41,457 nucleotides of DNA from the IMG/VR virus record IMGVR_UViG_3300046028_006105, positions 1 to 41,457 of that record, one strand, 5' to 3'. Position numbers and translations under genes: made by a program. The notes under the pieces are model-generated. The model searched no databases, was not told the origin of the DNA, and was given only the letters and a program-made list of their open reading frames with translations. The stretch comes from a virus (Duplodnaviria; Caudoviricetes). This document shows positions 28,434 through 35,528 of the stretch, piece after piece (the first letter of the stretch is position 1; every line of letters begins with the position of its first letter).

Positions 28434-28709
28434 ATGTATAAACAAGAATACGAAACGAGAATAACCCGAATGACGATTCTGCCAAAGGGCGAGCCGATCT
28501 TCTGTGAGCAAGCCACGCACATCGAAATTGACGACGAATGCGCAGGGGAGTTCATAAAAATAAGCCAAGTCGGAGGCCATGAAGATGACGATAAATTCGT
28601 GCTGTTTAATAGCGACGAATGGGCACTTGTGAACAAAGCCGCGATGCAGCTTTTCTCGGAGATTGCCGCGAGGGAGTCTGAATCCGGTTCCGTTCTGCCT
28701 AACGTTTAA
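28434..28709 (+). CDS. Cassette 3 hypothetical protein
   Basis: 91 aa, EIDDECAGEF motif; ends LPNV* inside attC3. Confidence 0.75.
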   Translation: MYKQEYETRITRMTILPKGEPIFCEQATHIEIDDECAGEFIKISQVGGHEDDDKFVLFNSDEWALVNKAAMQLFSEIAARESESGSVLPNV

Positions 28710-28792
28710 GCTCAGCGATGACCACAACACTGAAGACTCCCGAAGCATCAGCGGTAACAGCGTGGTCATTCGCCTGTAGCGACTGGTTAGAC
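28697..28792 (-). repeat. attC3
   Basis: GCCTAAC...GTTAGAC, 96 bp, near-identical to attC1. Confidence 0.9.
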
Positions 28793-28815
28793 ATCCGAGT
28801 CTTGAGTTTCCGAAC

Positions 28816-29130
28816 ATGATAATCAAAAAACTAAAATCTATAATCGCCCGATGGGCACACGACGACGAAAACAAGCGACTGCGTGAAAAGCTGCGCATGT
28901 ACAAAGGATATCTGCGTGCCGCGAATAAAGGAGCCGAGTGCAATAATCGCGTTAGCCAACTGTCAGCCGCTCGAAATAGCCAGTTGCATGTTCGTATAGC
29001 CGAACTTGAGGACAGGCTTAACGGTAAGGGCGGGCTGACTATGCGGCAGATGGACGAGCTGGCCCAGTTCCGTGAATACCGAAAACTCGGCACGGTAACA
29101 GAACTGAAAACAATGATCGGGCATGGCTGA
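28816..29130 (+). CDS. Cassette 4 hypothetical coiled-coil protein
   Basis: 104 aa. Confidence 0.7.
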   Translation: MIIKKLKSIIARWAHDDENKRLREKLRMYKGYLRAANKGAECNNRVSQLSAARNSQLHVRIAELEDRLNGKGGLTMRQMDELAQFREYRKLGTVTELKTMIGHG

Positions 29131-29140
29131 GTCCGAAACT

Positions 29141-29229
29141 GTCTAACGCCCAAGCTCAGCGATAGCCCACTGAAACTAGCCGAACAATTAGCGACGTTGC
29201 GGGCTATTCGCTGTAGCGCTTGGTTGGGC
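29141..29229 (-). repeat. attC4
   Basis: GTCTAAC..AAGCTCAGCGATAGCCC / GGGCTATTCGCTGTAGC..GTTGGGC, 89 bp. Confidence 0.9.
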
Positions 29230-29259
29230 GTCTTTGTCTTTAATTTCTGAATAACCTAA

Positions 29260-29523
29260 ATGAAAAACATGAACTTATGTATTAACTGTAAGTGGAACGA
29301 GTCAGGGGAATGTAAGGCCCCCCAAAATATGACTAGGCTTAATCCCGTAGATGGCAGTGCATCTTTCCGGTTTATGCGCATGTGTATATCACATCGAACC
29401 GGATTTGGTTCGGGGTGGATAGGGTGTCGATTACACAAACTATGCGGCAGAGAGGGCCGATGGTTTCTGCCCAACGTTCAAGCTCAGAGACGACCACATC
29501 TCAGCGACACCCGAACCATTTGA
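29260..29523 (+). CDS. Cassette 5 Cys-rich hypothetical protein
   Basis: CINCKW...C...CGREGRWF; reads into attC5. Confidence 0.75.
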   Translation: MKNMNLCINCKWNESGECKAPQNMTRLNPVDGSASFRFMRMCISHRTGFGSGWIGCRLHKLCGREGRWFLPNVQAQRRPHLSDTRTI

Positions 29524-29562
29524 GTGATTAGCGTGGTCGTTCTCTGTAGCGACTGGTTGGGC
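29469..29562 (-). repeat. attC5
   Basis: GCCCAAC..AAGCTCAGAGACGACCAC / GTGGTCGTTCTCTGTAGC..GTTGGGC, 94 bp. Confidence 0.9.
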
Positions 29563-29595
29563 GGCTGGTGTATCCCTTCTGAAATAATTGATCAA

Positions 29596-29784
29596 ATGAG
29601 TCTCAACAACGATACGCATAACGGGCCGTGGCCTAAGCCAGTATTCCTGCACAAGTGGGGGTGGGAAGTAATCAAGGCAGGGCCAAACAGATACCAACTA
29701 AGCTGGGCTGGAAAATATAACTACATCGCTACATTCACCACACTGGACGACGCGATCAACTACATGAATCAAGAATTCCTATGA
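29596..29784 (+). CDS. Cassette 6 ORF a, hypothetical
   Basis: ATG at 29596; alternative in-frame GTG at 29524 inside attC5. Confidence 0.6.
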   Translation: MSLNNDTHNGPWPKPVFLHKWGWEVIKAGPNRYQLSWAGKYNYIATFTTLDDAINYMNQEFL

Positions 29785-29939
29785 ACAAACAAAAACTCGG
29801 TGACTGGCTTTTTGAGAACGCACCTATCATAATTATCGCGCTTCCGTTCGCGCTTATGGGAATGGCTGCATACTACCTTAAAAAGTGGACGGTTAACGCT
29901 TTCTTGGCTGGGCATGAACTGGCGAGGGATTGCGATTGA
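29781..29939 (+). CDS. Cassette 6 ORF b, 52-aa membrane peptide
   Basis: Read manually: MNKQKLGDWLFENAPIIIIALPFALMGMAAYYLKKW...; ATGA overlap with ORF a. Confidence 0.6.
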   Translation: MNKQKLGDWLFENAPIIIIALPFALMGMAAYYLKKWTVNAFLAGHELARDCD

Positions 29940-29946
29940 TCGCTTT

Positions 29947-30078
29947 GCCCAACGTTAAAGGTGAGCCGCAGCCCGACAAAATACTATGAAACAAGAAACT
30001 GAAAACCTGACATTAGAAAGCCCTGGGCCGGACGCCAACGTGGAGACTAGGGCTGTTGGCTCTAGCGACTGGTTGGGC
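29947..30078 (-). repeat. attC6
   Basis: GCCCAAC..GGTGAGCCGCAGCCC / GGGCTGTTGGCTCTAGC..GTTGGGC, 132 bp. Confidence 0.85.
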
Positions 30079-30119
30079 GGTCGGTGTATCCCTTCCGATA
30101 ACCTTTAATATAAACTGAA

Positions 30120-30473
30120 ATGATAAATAAGAAAAATGCCGAGTTTCGCGCAATGCTGACCGAGGCAACAAACGCCTCTTTTGACTGCGGCGAATATGAG
30201 TTCTACGCTGGCGAAAAAGTAGAGGAAAACTATGCCGACCTAGAAGATAAATCGACTGCGAAACGGGCAAAGGTAATCGAAACTTATTCCGAGCTTGAGC
30301 GGGAGAATGCCAAGCTGCGCGAGCTTGGAAACGCACTGCGGGACGCGCTCGCTTTCGAGTGCCACAAAATGGGCGATTTCCCGCGTGAGATCGACGCATG
30401 GGATGCCTTGGTGTCTGCATTGCCCAACGCCAGCGATCAGACACGACCCGCACAAGTATCCAACCATGAATAA
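30120..30473 (+). CDS. Cassette 7 hypothetical protein
   Basis: 117 aa with coiled-coil ELERENAKLRE; ends inside the attC7 loop. Confidence 0.75.
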   Translation: MINKKNAEFRAMLTEATNASFDCGEYEFYAGEKVEENYADLEDKSTAKRAKVIETYSELERENAKLRELGNALRDALAFECHKMGDFPREIDAWDALVSALPNASDQTRPAQVSNHE

Positions 30474-30536
30474 CACCACCGAAAACCCCACGAACGCGGA
30501 CAGCTGCGGGTCGTTGTCTGTAACGCCTTGTTCGGC
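30422..30536 (-). repeat. attC7
   Basis: GCCCAAC..GATCAGACACGACCCGCA / TGCGGGTCGTTGTCTGTAAC..GTTCGGC, 115 bp. Confidence 0.85.
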
Positions 30537-30789
30537 TCTGTCTTTTTCTTCTTCCGATTTTGCCCATGCGCTTGTGTGCGCGGATTGGGTGGCGAGCTTC
30601 CAGAGTGCGTGCAATAGAGCTGGCGGCGGGGCATGGGATAGCGTCAAGGGCATGACGGTCGAAGAGGCGATGCACCTGCTTGCACCGAACGGAATCCGAT
30701 TCTGCTACGACTATGCTGCCCACATAGAGAAGGCGCAAGAGGTGGCCGAACAAATGAAGCGTGCCCTTCCTTTTCTGCCGAACGTCTAA
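30466..30789 (+). CDS. Cassette 8 hypothetical protein, starting inside attC7
   Basis: ATG at 30466 (MNNTTENP) is coupled to the stop of the cassette 7 ORF; ends LPNV* in attC8. Confidence 0.65.
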   Translation: MNNTTENPTNADSCGSLSVTPCSALSFSSSDFAHALVCADWVASFQSACNRAGGGAWDSVKGMTVEEAMHLLAPNGIRFCYDYAAHIEKAQEVAEQMKRALPFLPNV

Positions 30790-30870
30790 GCTCAGAGACG
30801 ACCACCTCTCCCTGACACTCGAACCATTTGCGTGCCAAGCGTGGTCGTTCTCTGTAGCGCGTGGTTGGGC
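30777..30870 (-). repeat. attC8
   Basis: GCCGAAC...GTTGGGC, 94 bp, same family as attC5. Confidence 0.9.
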
Positions 30871-30909
30871 TGTATGACTCCGACTTTCCGATAACTAAAC
30901 GATAACTTT

Positions 30910-31122
30910 ATGGACTGGAAAAACTACAAACGAAAAGGGCTCAGTGAAATGCGCCCGTATATCAACGGCGAAAGCCTAAACAAAATCGTCAGTATCTCGG
31001 ATGCCGACTTCAAGAACGGCTCACCGAAAGAGGGAGACATGATCGCACGCAATCCGAAGAACCACGCCGACCAGTGGCTCGTCGCAAAGAAATACTTCGA
31101 GGACAATTTGGAGCCTGCCTGA
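30910..31122 (+). CDS. Cassette 9 hypothetical phage protein
   Basis: 70 aa, EMRPY...GSPKEGDMIARNPKNHADQWLVAKKYF. Confidence 0.8.
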   Translation: MDWKNYKRKGLSEMRPYINGESLNKIVSISDADFKNGSPKEGDMIARNPKNHADQWLVAKKYFEDNLEPA

Positions 31123-31131
31123 TTCTGCATT

Positions 31132-31223
31132 GCCCAACGTTAAAGCTGAGCCGGATGCGCTCCTGTAACCAAACGAACAATCAGCGGGCCAAGGCGCATC
31201 TTGGCTCCAGCGACTGGTTGGGC
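31132..31223 (-). repeat. attC9
   Basis: GCCCAAC..GCTGAGCCGGATGCGC / GCGCATCTTGGCTCCAGC..GTTGGGC, 92 bp. Confidence 0.9.
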
Positions 31224-31263
31224 TCTGTGTCTTTTAATTCTGAATAACTAATAAATAACTAAA

Positions 31264-31560
31264 ATGAGTGATACACCTAGAACCGACAAATTGAAAAACG
31301 CATACTGTGATATGCCTTATATGGATGAGGCTAAGGCTCTAACCATCCTTTGCCACGAACTAGAGTTGGAGAACGCACGACTGCTCGCCAATGAATCCGC
31401 GATGAAAGACCAAATTTGCGAAATGGCGGCGCAACTATCAAAACTCCGTGAAACTGCGCAGTCCGTGGTTGATCGGTGGGAAACCCCGCTGTGGAAGGAC
31501 GTAGAACCAACTGCGGCTTGCATCTATCGGCTCCGAGATTCCTTGCCCAACGCACACTAG
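31264..31560 (+). CDS. Cassette 10 hypothetical phage protein
   Basis: 98 aa, MSDTPRTD start, coiled coil; ends LPNAH* across the last core site. Confidence 0.75.
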   Translation: MSDTPRTDKLKNAYCDMPYMDEAKALTILCHELELENARLLANESAMKDQICEMAAQLSKLRETAQSVVDRWETPLWKDVEPTAACIYRLRDSLPNAH

Positions 31561-31563
31561 GCA
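31545..31563 (-). other. Candidate attI-like insertion site
   Basis: Minus strand reads TGCCTAG-TGTGC-GTTGGGC: a core site with no attC hairpin, at the upstream end of the array in attC polarity. Confidence 0.5.
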
Positions 31564-31707
31564 GAGGATTTGCCAGATAGGCGGGCAACACCCCGCAGGA
31601 ACTGGAAAAAGGTAAGCTTTCCACGGGTAGGCTTAGGTACGTTTAACGCCTGCTAAACTGAAATGCTTTCCATCAGGGTAAGACCCCATAAGCACTGTAA
31701 AAAAACC

Positions 31708-31738
31708 AAATCCCCACTGTAGCAAGTGGGGATTTTTT
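31708..31738. terminator. Probably bidirectional terminator between the convergent arms
   Basis: AAATCCCCACT/AGTGGGGATTT stem with T6 on the right and A-runs on the left. Confidence 0.8.
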
Positions 31739-31742
31739 GTGC

Positions 31743-32078
31743 TCACTTGCCTAAAATCGTGTTGTGCAGTCCTACACTCACCGCCCACGAAATGAACCCA
31801 CCTACGCCACCAATGACAGCCGTAAGCGTAGCCACCCGCACCATTACCGACTGTTGAAATCGCTCCAGCGCCGTAACCCGTCCATTGGTCTTTAATACCT
31901 GCACCTTGATAGCATTTAGTTCTTCCTTTAGCTCAGCCCTAAATACAGCCGTAGCCTCTTTATCGGCCTCACGGTCAATGTCGTAGCGACGATGCCGCTC
32001 CATGATTGTGGCAAACATGGCATTCACGCTGTTGGGATCAAAAGTAGACTCCTGACGATTGCGGTCATCCCAGCTCAT
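31743..32078 (-). CDS. Holin-like membrane protein
   Basis: Coiled coil, KTNGRV motif and a C-terminal transmembrane segment. Confidence 0.45.
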   Translation of the reverse strand: MSWDDRNRQESTFDPNSVNAMFATIMERHRRYDIDREADKEATAVFRAELKEELNAIKVQVLKTNGRVTALERFQQSVMVRVATLTAVIGGVGGFISWAVSVGLHNTILGK

Positions 32079-32716
32079 GACTCGCCCCCTTTCTTTGACT
32101 CTAAAAAGTCTGGAATGTTGTTACCATTTTTATCCCACTCAGCTCGTTTATAGCCAGCAACCATCAGCGCAGCACCGACCAGCACCGCCAGCCACAACCA
32201 GGCCGGCACTTCGCAGAGCTTCCAAGCAGCACCCGCCGCCACTGCTCCCACAAGCAAGCCGTTCGATAACGCGGGCCAAGCAGGAAGCAGGGACTTCAGC
32301 ACCAGGCCAACCACCCCGCAGCCAATAGCCGCCCACAGTAACCAACGCCTTTCACTCGCCGCGCTCTCCACCTCGATACGCTTCACCGCTACCGTTGAAT
32401 CAGTCGTACCACTTGAAGCCTTAGCCTGATGCGTTTCTGAGCGTAATTCAGACGCCCCCGCCAGTACCACCTTCACAGACGCAGGAATGGCCGCAGACGT
32501 AGCGGAAGCAGGCACAGCAGGCACGCTCTCCACCGTTGACCCAGCCGGAACGGGTATCGTGGTCACTGTCCCACCACTCTCCACCACCGCTGGCGCACCA
32601 ATGTCACGCGGCCCTTGCGCCGTTGCACCCTTTACCTTCACATTAGGAAGCGCCGTGCCGCAGCCGACAAAAAAAAGCACTACCATTGCAGCAAAACAAA
32701 ATGATACGGATTTCAT
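32075..32716 (-). CDS. Lipoprotein with C-terminal transmembrane helices
   Basis: Signal peptide with lipobox FVGC, several hydrophobic helices and a DKNGNNIPD tail. Confidence 0.55.
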   Translation of the reverse strand: MKSVSFCFAAMVVLFFVGCGTALPNVKVKGATAQGPRDIGAPAVVESGGTVTTIPVPAGSTVESVPAVPASATSAAIPASVKVVLAGASELRSETHQAKASSGTTDSTVAVKRIEVESAASERRWLLWAAIGCGVVGLVLKSLLPAWPALSNGLLVGAVAAGAAWKLCEVPAWLWLAVLVGAALMVAGYKRAEWDKNGNNIPDFLESKKGGES

Positions 32717-32718
32717 TA

Positions 32719-33165
32719 TCAGCGTTTAATGTTGTAGATCTTCACCACCACACCACGAAGGTTCGCCTGTGTGACCTTGCCTATGTCATAGCCAATGTTG
32801 GCACTGCCTGTCGTAATCCAGCCAGACGAGGTCAGCTCGGCCAACTGGTGGATAATCAAGCCTAACGGGTGCGTAAAGATCACGCACTGACCCACCTTTA
32901 ATGAATCCATGGATCTTGACTCGTAAATGGCAACCGCAACAACCTCATCATGCCGCCCCGCTGGAATCGTTGGCCTCATTGACCCCGTGCCCAGCACACG
33001 CACGGCATTGGCTTGCTCCCGTAAAATCTCGTCCACTTCGTAGCGTTCGATCCACACGGGTACAGGCATAGCGTCCAAAGCTGTTTTATTGCGCTTCATT
33101 TCCATGTAAATGAGGGCAGAGAACACAAGTGCAGCAGCACAGATTATGAAGGTGATCTTAGTCAT
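32719..33165 (-). CDS. S24/S26 signal-peptidase-like protein
   Basis: N-terminal transmembrane segment, GTGSMRPTI serine motif and IIH motif; start MTKIT. Confidence 0.6.
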   Translation of the reverse strand: MTKITFIICAAALVFSALIYMEMKRNKTALDAMPVPVWIERYEVDEILREQANAVRVLGTGSMRPTIPAGRHDEVVAVAIYESRSMDSLKVGQCVIFTHPLGLIIHQLAELTSSGWITTGSANIGYDIGKVTQANLRGVVVKIYNIKR

Positions 33166-33167
33166 AA

Positions 33168-35486
33168 TTAGAAGGTAGAAGTTGCCACACGTCGCCAAGT
33201 GTGAGTTGTGCCGTCGCCTGTATAAACGTAGTAGTTTGTAGCATCAGCCGCAAAGTCACCTACAGAGCCCGCAGTGGTCGATGTTCCTGGCACATCCACT
33301 TTACGCCCTAACAGCCCGCCGATTGAGGCACCAGTCAAATTAAAGTTATTACTTCTGAATAAACGCCCCGTTGATGGTCCCGTGTTAGTGAAAACAATGT
33401 TTGAATTATGAAGCAAATTATCTGAAACAAAAAAGGATTTATTAGTTCCTGAGTTTGCGCTAGCATTAACCACCTCTATATCTATAGGGAAGTTGAGAAT
33501 CATTGGATTGCCAACGATGTAAGCATTCTCTGGGGTGCCAAAGCCCGACGATATAACATACACGCCTCGGCTACCACTAGGCTGAGCAACGGAACTATCA
33601 ATGACATTCCCACTTATGAGGGTGGTGCCAACAGAGCCTTGACTGTGCCCAGCAATGTTTATTGCTGAAAATGGTGTTGCACAAACATTAGTAAACCTCA
33701 GTGAATTTCCCTCTATAATAGAAAGAACACAGTTATTGCCATTGTTATTTACTGCATTGTTTAAAAATTGGCAACCCTTAATAATAAGAGAATAAACCGC
33801 ATCGGTGGCATTGGTTAAATTAACGCCTAAGCCTGTGTACATGAAAGTACAACCAATGAAAGAAATTGATTCGTTTAACGAATTTTGTGATGAATTGTAA
33901 ATTTTGTATAATGGGTAGGCTATATTACTCTGACTCGATGAGCAGCCAGAAAAAACCACGTTCCGGCAATAAAAGAACGTCGTGTAATTTCCATTAGTTG
34001 CATTCTCAACTGAGCAGCCTGTTGCCGTAGAGTTCCAACAACCTTCAAAATCAATGCCAACATCAGAGCAATTAGTAACAGAACACCCTGTAACATTTAC
34101 CCTGTTGCCCATTGAGCCCCAAACACCGGCTTGGCAGTTAGTTATAACTACGTTATTAACACTTATGTCACGGCATTTGCGATCGTTTGAAACACCCCCA
34201 TCGACAGATGGGTTAGAATCCCCGCCCCACCACTGTACACCATAAAGGAATTGGTTAAGAACTAGATCGCTTACCGTAACACGGTTACAGAAGTACAGAT
34301 TAACAAATGAAACACCGGCAGAGGCAGACGAACCAAGTGAAACACTAGGCCCAATAATTAAATCAAAGTTAGAGTTGCCATCATTAACGGCAGCGTAGTT
34401 ACCCGCAGTGGTTGCAGTAATAACCAAGCTACAATTTAAACAGTTTCCAGAAATCTTAATGCGACTTCCAACGGTTATTCTTACCCCGACAACCAAGTTA
34501 CCAGTGGCCTCATAGTTGCACTGAATGCCTATGTCCGTGGCACTTGTGATGGAAAAGAAGCTGGGAAGTGACACGGTACTACCAGTCCACAGCAGTTTAC
34601 CGTTAGCATCGCAGGATATATTTCGGTTACTTGCCACCGTTACCGTAGTTGAAACAGCAAAAGTCCCGTTAGGAACATGGATAGACCCAACGGCCAAAGC
34701 ATCTTGAATTTTTACTGAGTCATTGGTAGTTCCATCGCCAACAGCACCAAACCAACGAATGTTAGCAGGGCCAGAATAAACACGCTTCCACCGTCCCGTA
34801 CCTGTGGTCGGCTGAATAACCGTGCCTCCGTTGTCCGCCTCAGAAGAAGCCGAGTCATAGTAGAACGTGCCGCCTCCACCGTCGCCCGCAACGTAGTAGC
34901 CAAGTACGGATACGACTTGTTTGTTGGTAAGACCAGATACCAAGATAGCCTTTAGACTGGCAATGGAGTCAGCAGCAAGAGAATCGCCAGGGGTATAAAG
35001 CACGCCTTCTGGAGTGATGAAGGAAATGTTTCCGTTTTCATCAAAGCTCAAAACTTTGCTTGCCCGCGCCGTCTTAACTAGCGTGCCGTCTGTAGTCTCG
35101 CCATCCTCAAATCGCAGCGAGCGTGACGCAATTTCGCTAACTTGCTGAATCTGCATGGTAGAACGGTCACTCATGCGCTCAAGTGTGATCGACGGCAAAC
35201 GGTCGTTTACCACCAAGTCAATCGGCTGAGTAAGTGCCATATTACGCTTAATCGTAATAACATCGCTAACACTTACCCCTGTACCCGTAAGCGTAATTGA
35301 CCCTCCCGCTTCGACGCCCGCGCCTGATACCGTGTAATTGGTCGTAATGGCCAGCGTTACCGGAGTAGTGCCCTGCTTGATGACTTGCAGATCCGTAGTC
35401 GCCAAGAAATAAAATGGCACCGACAGCGTTTGCGTGGTCGATGTAAGGGTATAAGATACCCGACTTGTGCTGTTTGGGACGCTCAT
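33168..35486 (-). CDS. Tailspike / tail fibre with beta-helix domain
   Basis: N-terminal podovirus fibre attachment domain, GDGGGGTFYYD and WFGAVGDGTTND motifs, Asn/Ser/Cys-rich beta-helix repeats. Confidence 0.85.
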   Translation of the reverse strand: MSVPNSTSRVSYTLTSTTQTLSVPFYFLATTDLQVIKQGTTPVTLAITTNYTVSGAGVEAGGSITLTGTGVSVSDVITIKRNMALTQPIDLVVNDRLPSITLERMSDRSTMQIQQVSEIASRSLRFEDGETTDGTLVKTARASKVLSFDENGNISFITPEGVLYTPGDSLAADSIASLKAILVSGLTNKQVVSVLGYYVAGDGGGGTFYYDSASSEADNGGTVIQPTTGTGRWKRVYSGPANIRWFGAVGDGTTNDSVKIQDALAVGSIHVPNGTFAVSTTVTVASNRNISCDANGKLLWTGSTVSLPSFFSITSATDIGIQCNYEATGNLVVGVRITVGSRIKISGNCLNCSLVITATTAGNYAAVNDGNSNFDLIIGPSVSLGSSASAGVSFVNLYFCNRVTVSDLVLNQFLYGVQWWGGDSNPSVDGGVSNDRKCRDISVNNVVITNCQAGVWGSMGNRVNVTGCSVTNCSDVGIDFEGCWNSTATGCSVENATNGNYTTFFYCRNVVFSGCSSSQSNIAYPLYKIYNSSQNSLNESISFIGCTFMYTGLGVNLTNATDAVYSLIIKGCQFLNNAVNNNGNNCVLSIIEGNSLRFTNVCATPFSAINIAGHSQGSVGTTLISGNVIDSSVAQPSGSRGVYVISSGFGTPENAYIVGNPMILNFPIDIEVVNASANSGTNKSFFVSDNLLHNSNIVFTNTGPSTGRLFRSNNFNLTGASIGGLLGRKVDVPGTSTTAGSVGDFAADATNYYVYTGDGTTHTWRRVATSTF

Positions 35487-35528
35487 GTTTTAGTTTTCTT
35501 TAGGTTCGTTTAAGTTGTGCGCAAGTTT

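Larger units (their letters stand above)
27548..31551. mobile_element. Integron-like gene-cassette array without integrase (CALIN-type), 10 cassettes
   Basis: Nine imperfect palindromes bounded by GNNNAAC/GTTNNNC core boxes alternate with small ORFs; the core boxes flanking each cassette are complementary. Confidence 0.9.

Noticed and set aside
28389-30753. Minus-strand ORFs of 254 and 246 aa as canonical-orientation cassette genes
   Set aside because: They run across attC sites and have implausible composition, whereas the plus-strand ORFs fit the cassette boundaries and have leaders.
27897-31223. CRISPR array
   Set aside because: The repeats are 89-132 bp, divergent and palindromic, and are separated by whole ORFs rather than short spacers; no cas genes seen.
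27897-31223. Simple terminators or REP elements
   Set aside because: No U-tracts directly follow the stems, and the AAC/GTT boxes, bulges and cross-cassette complementarity fit attC better.
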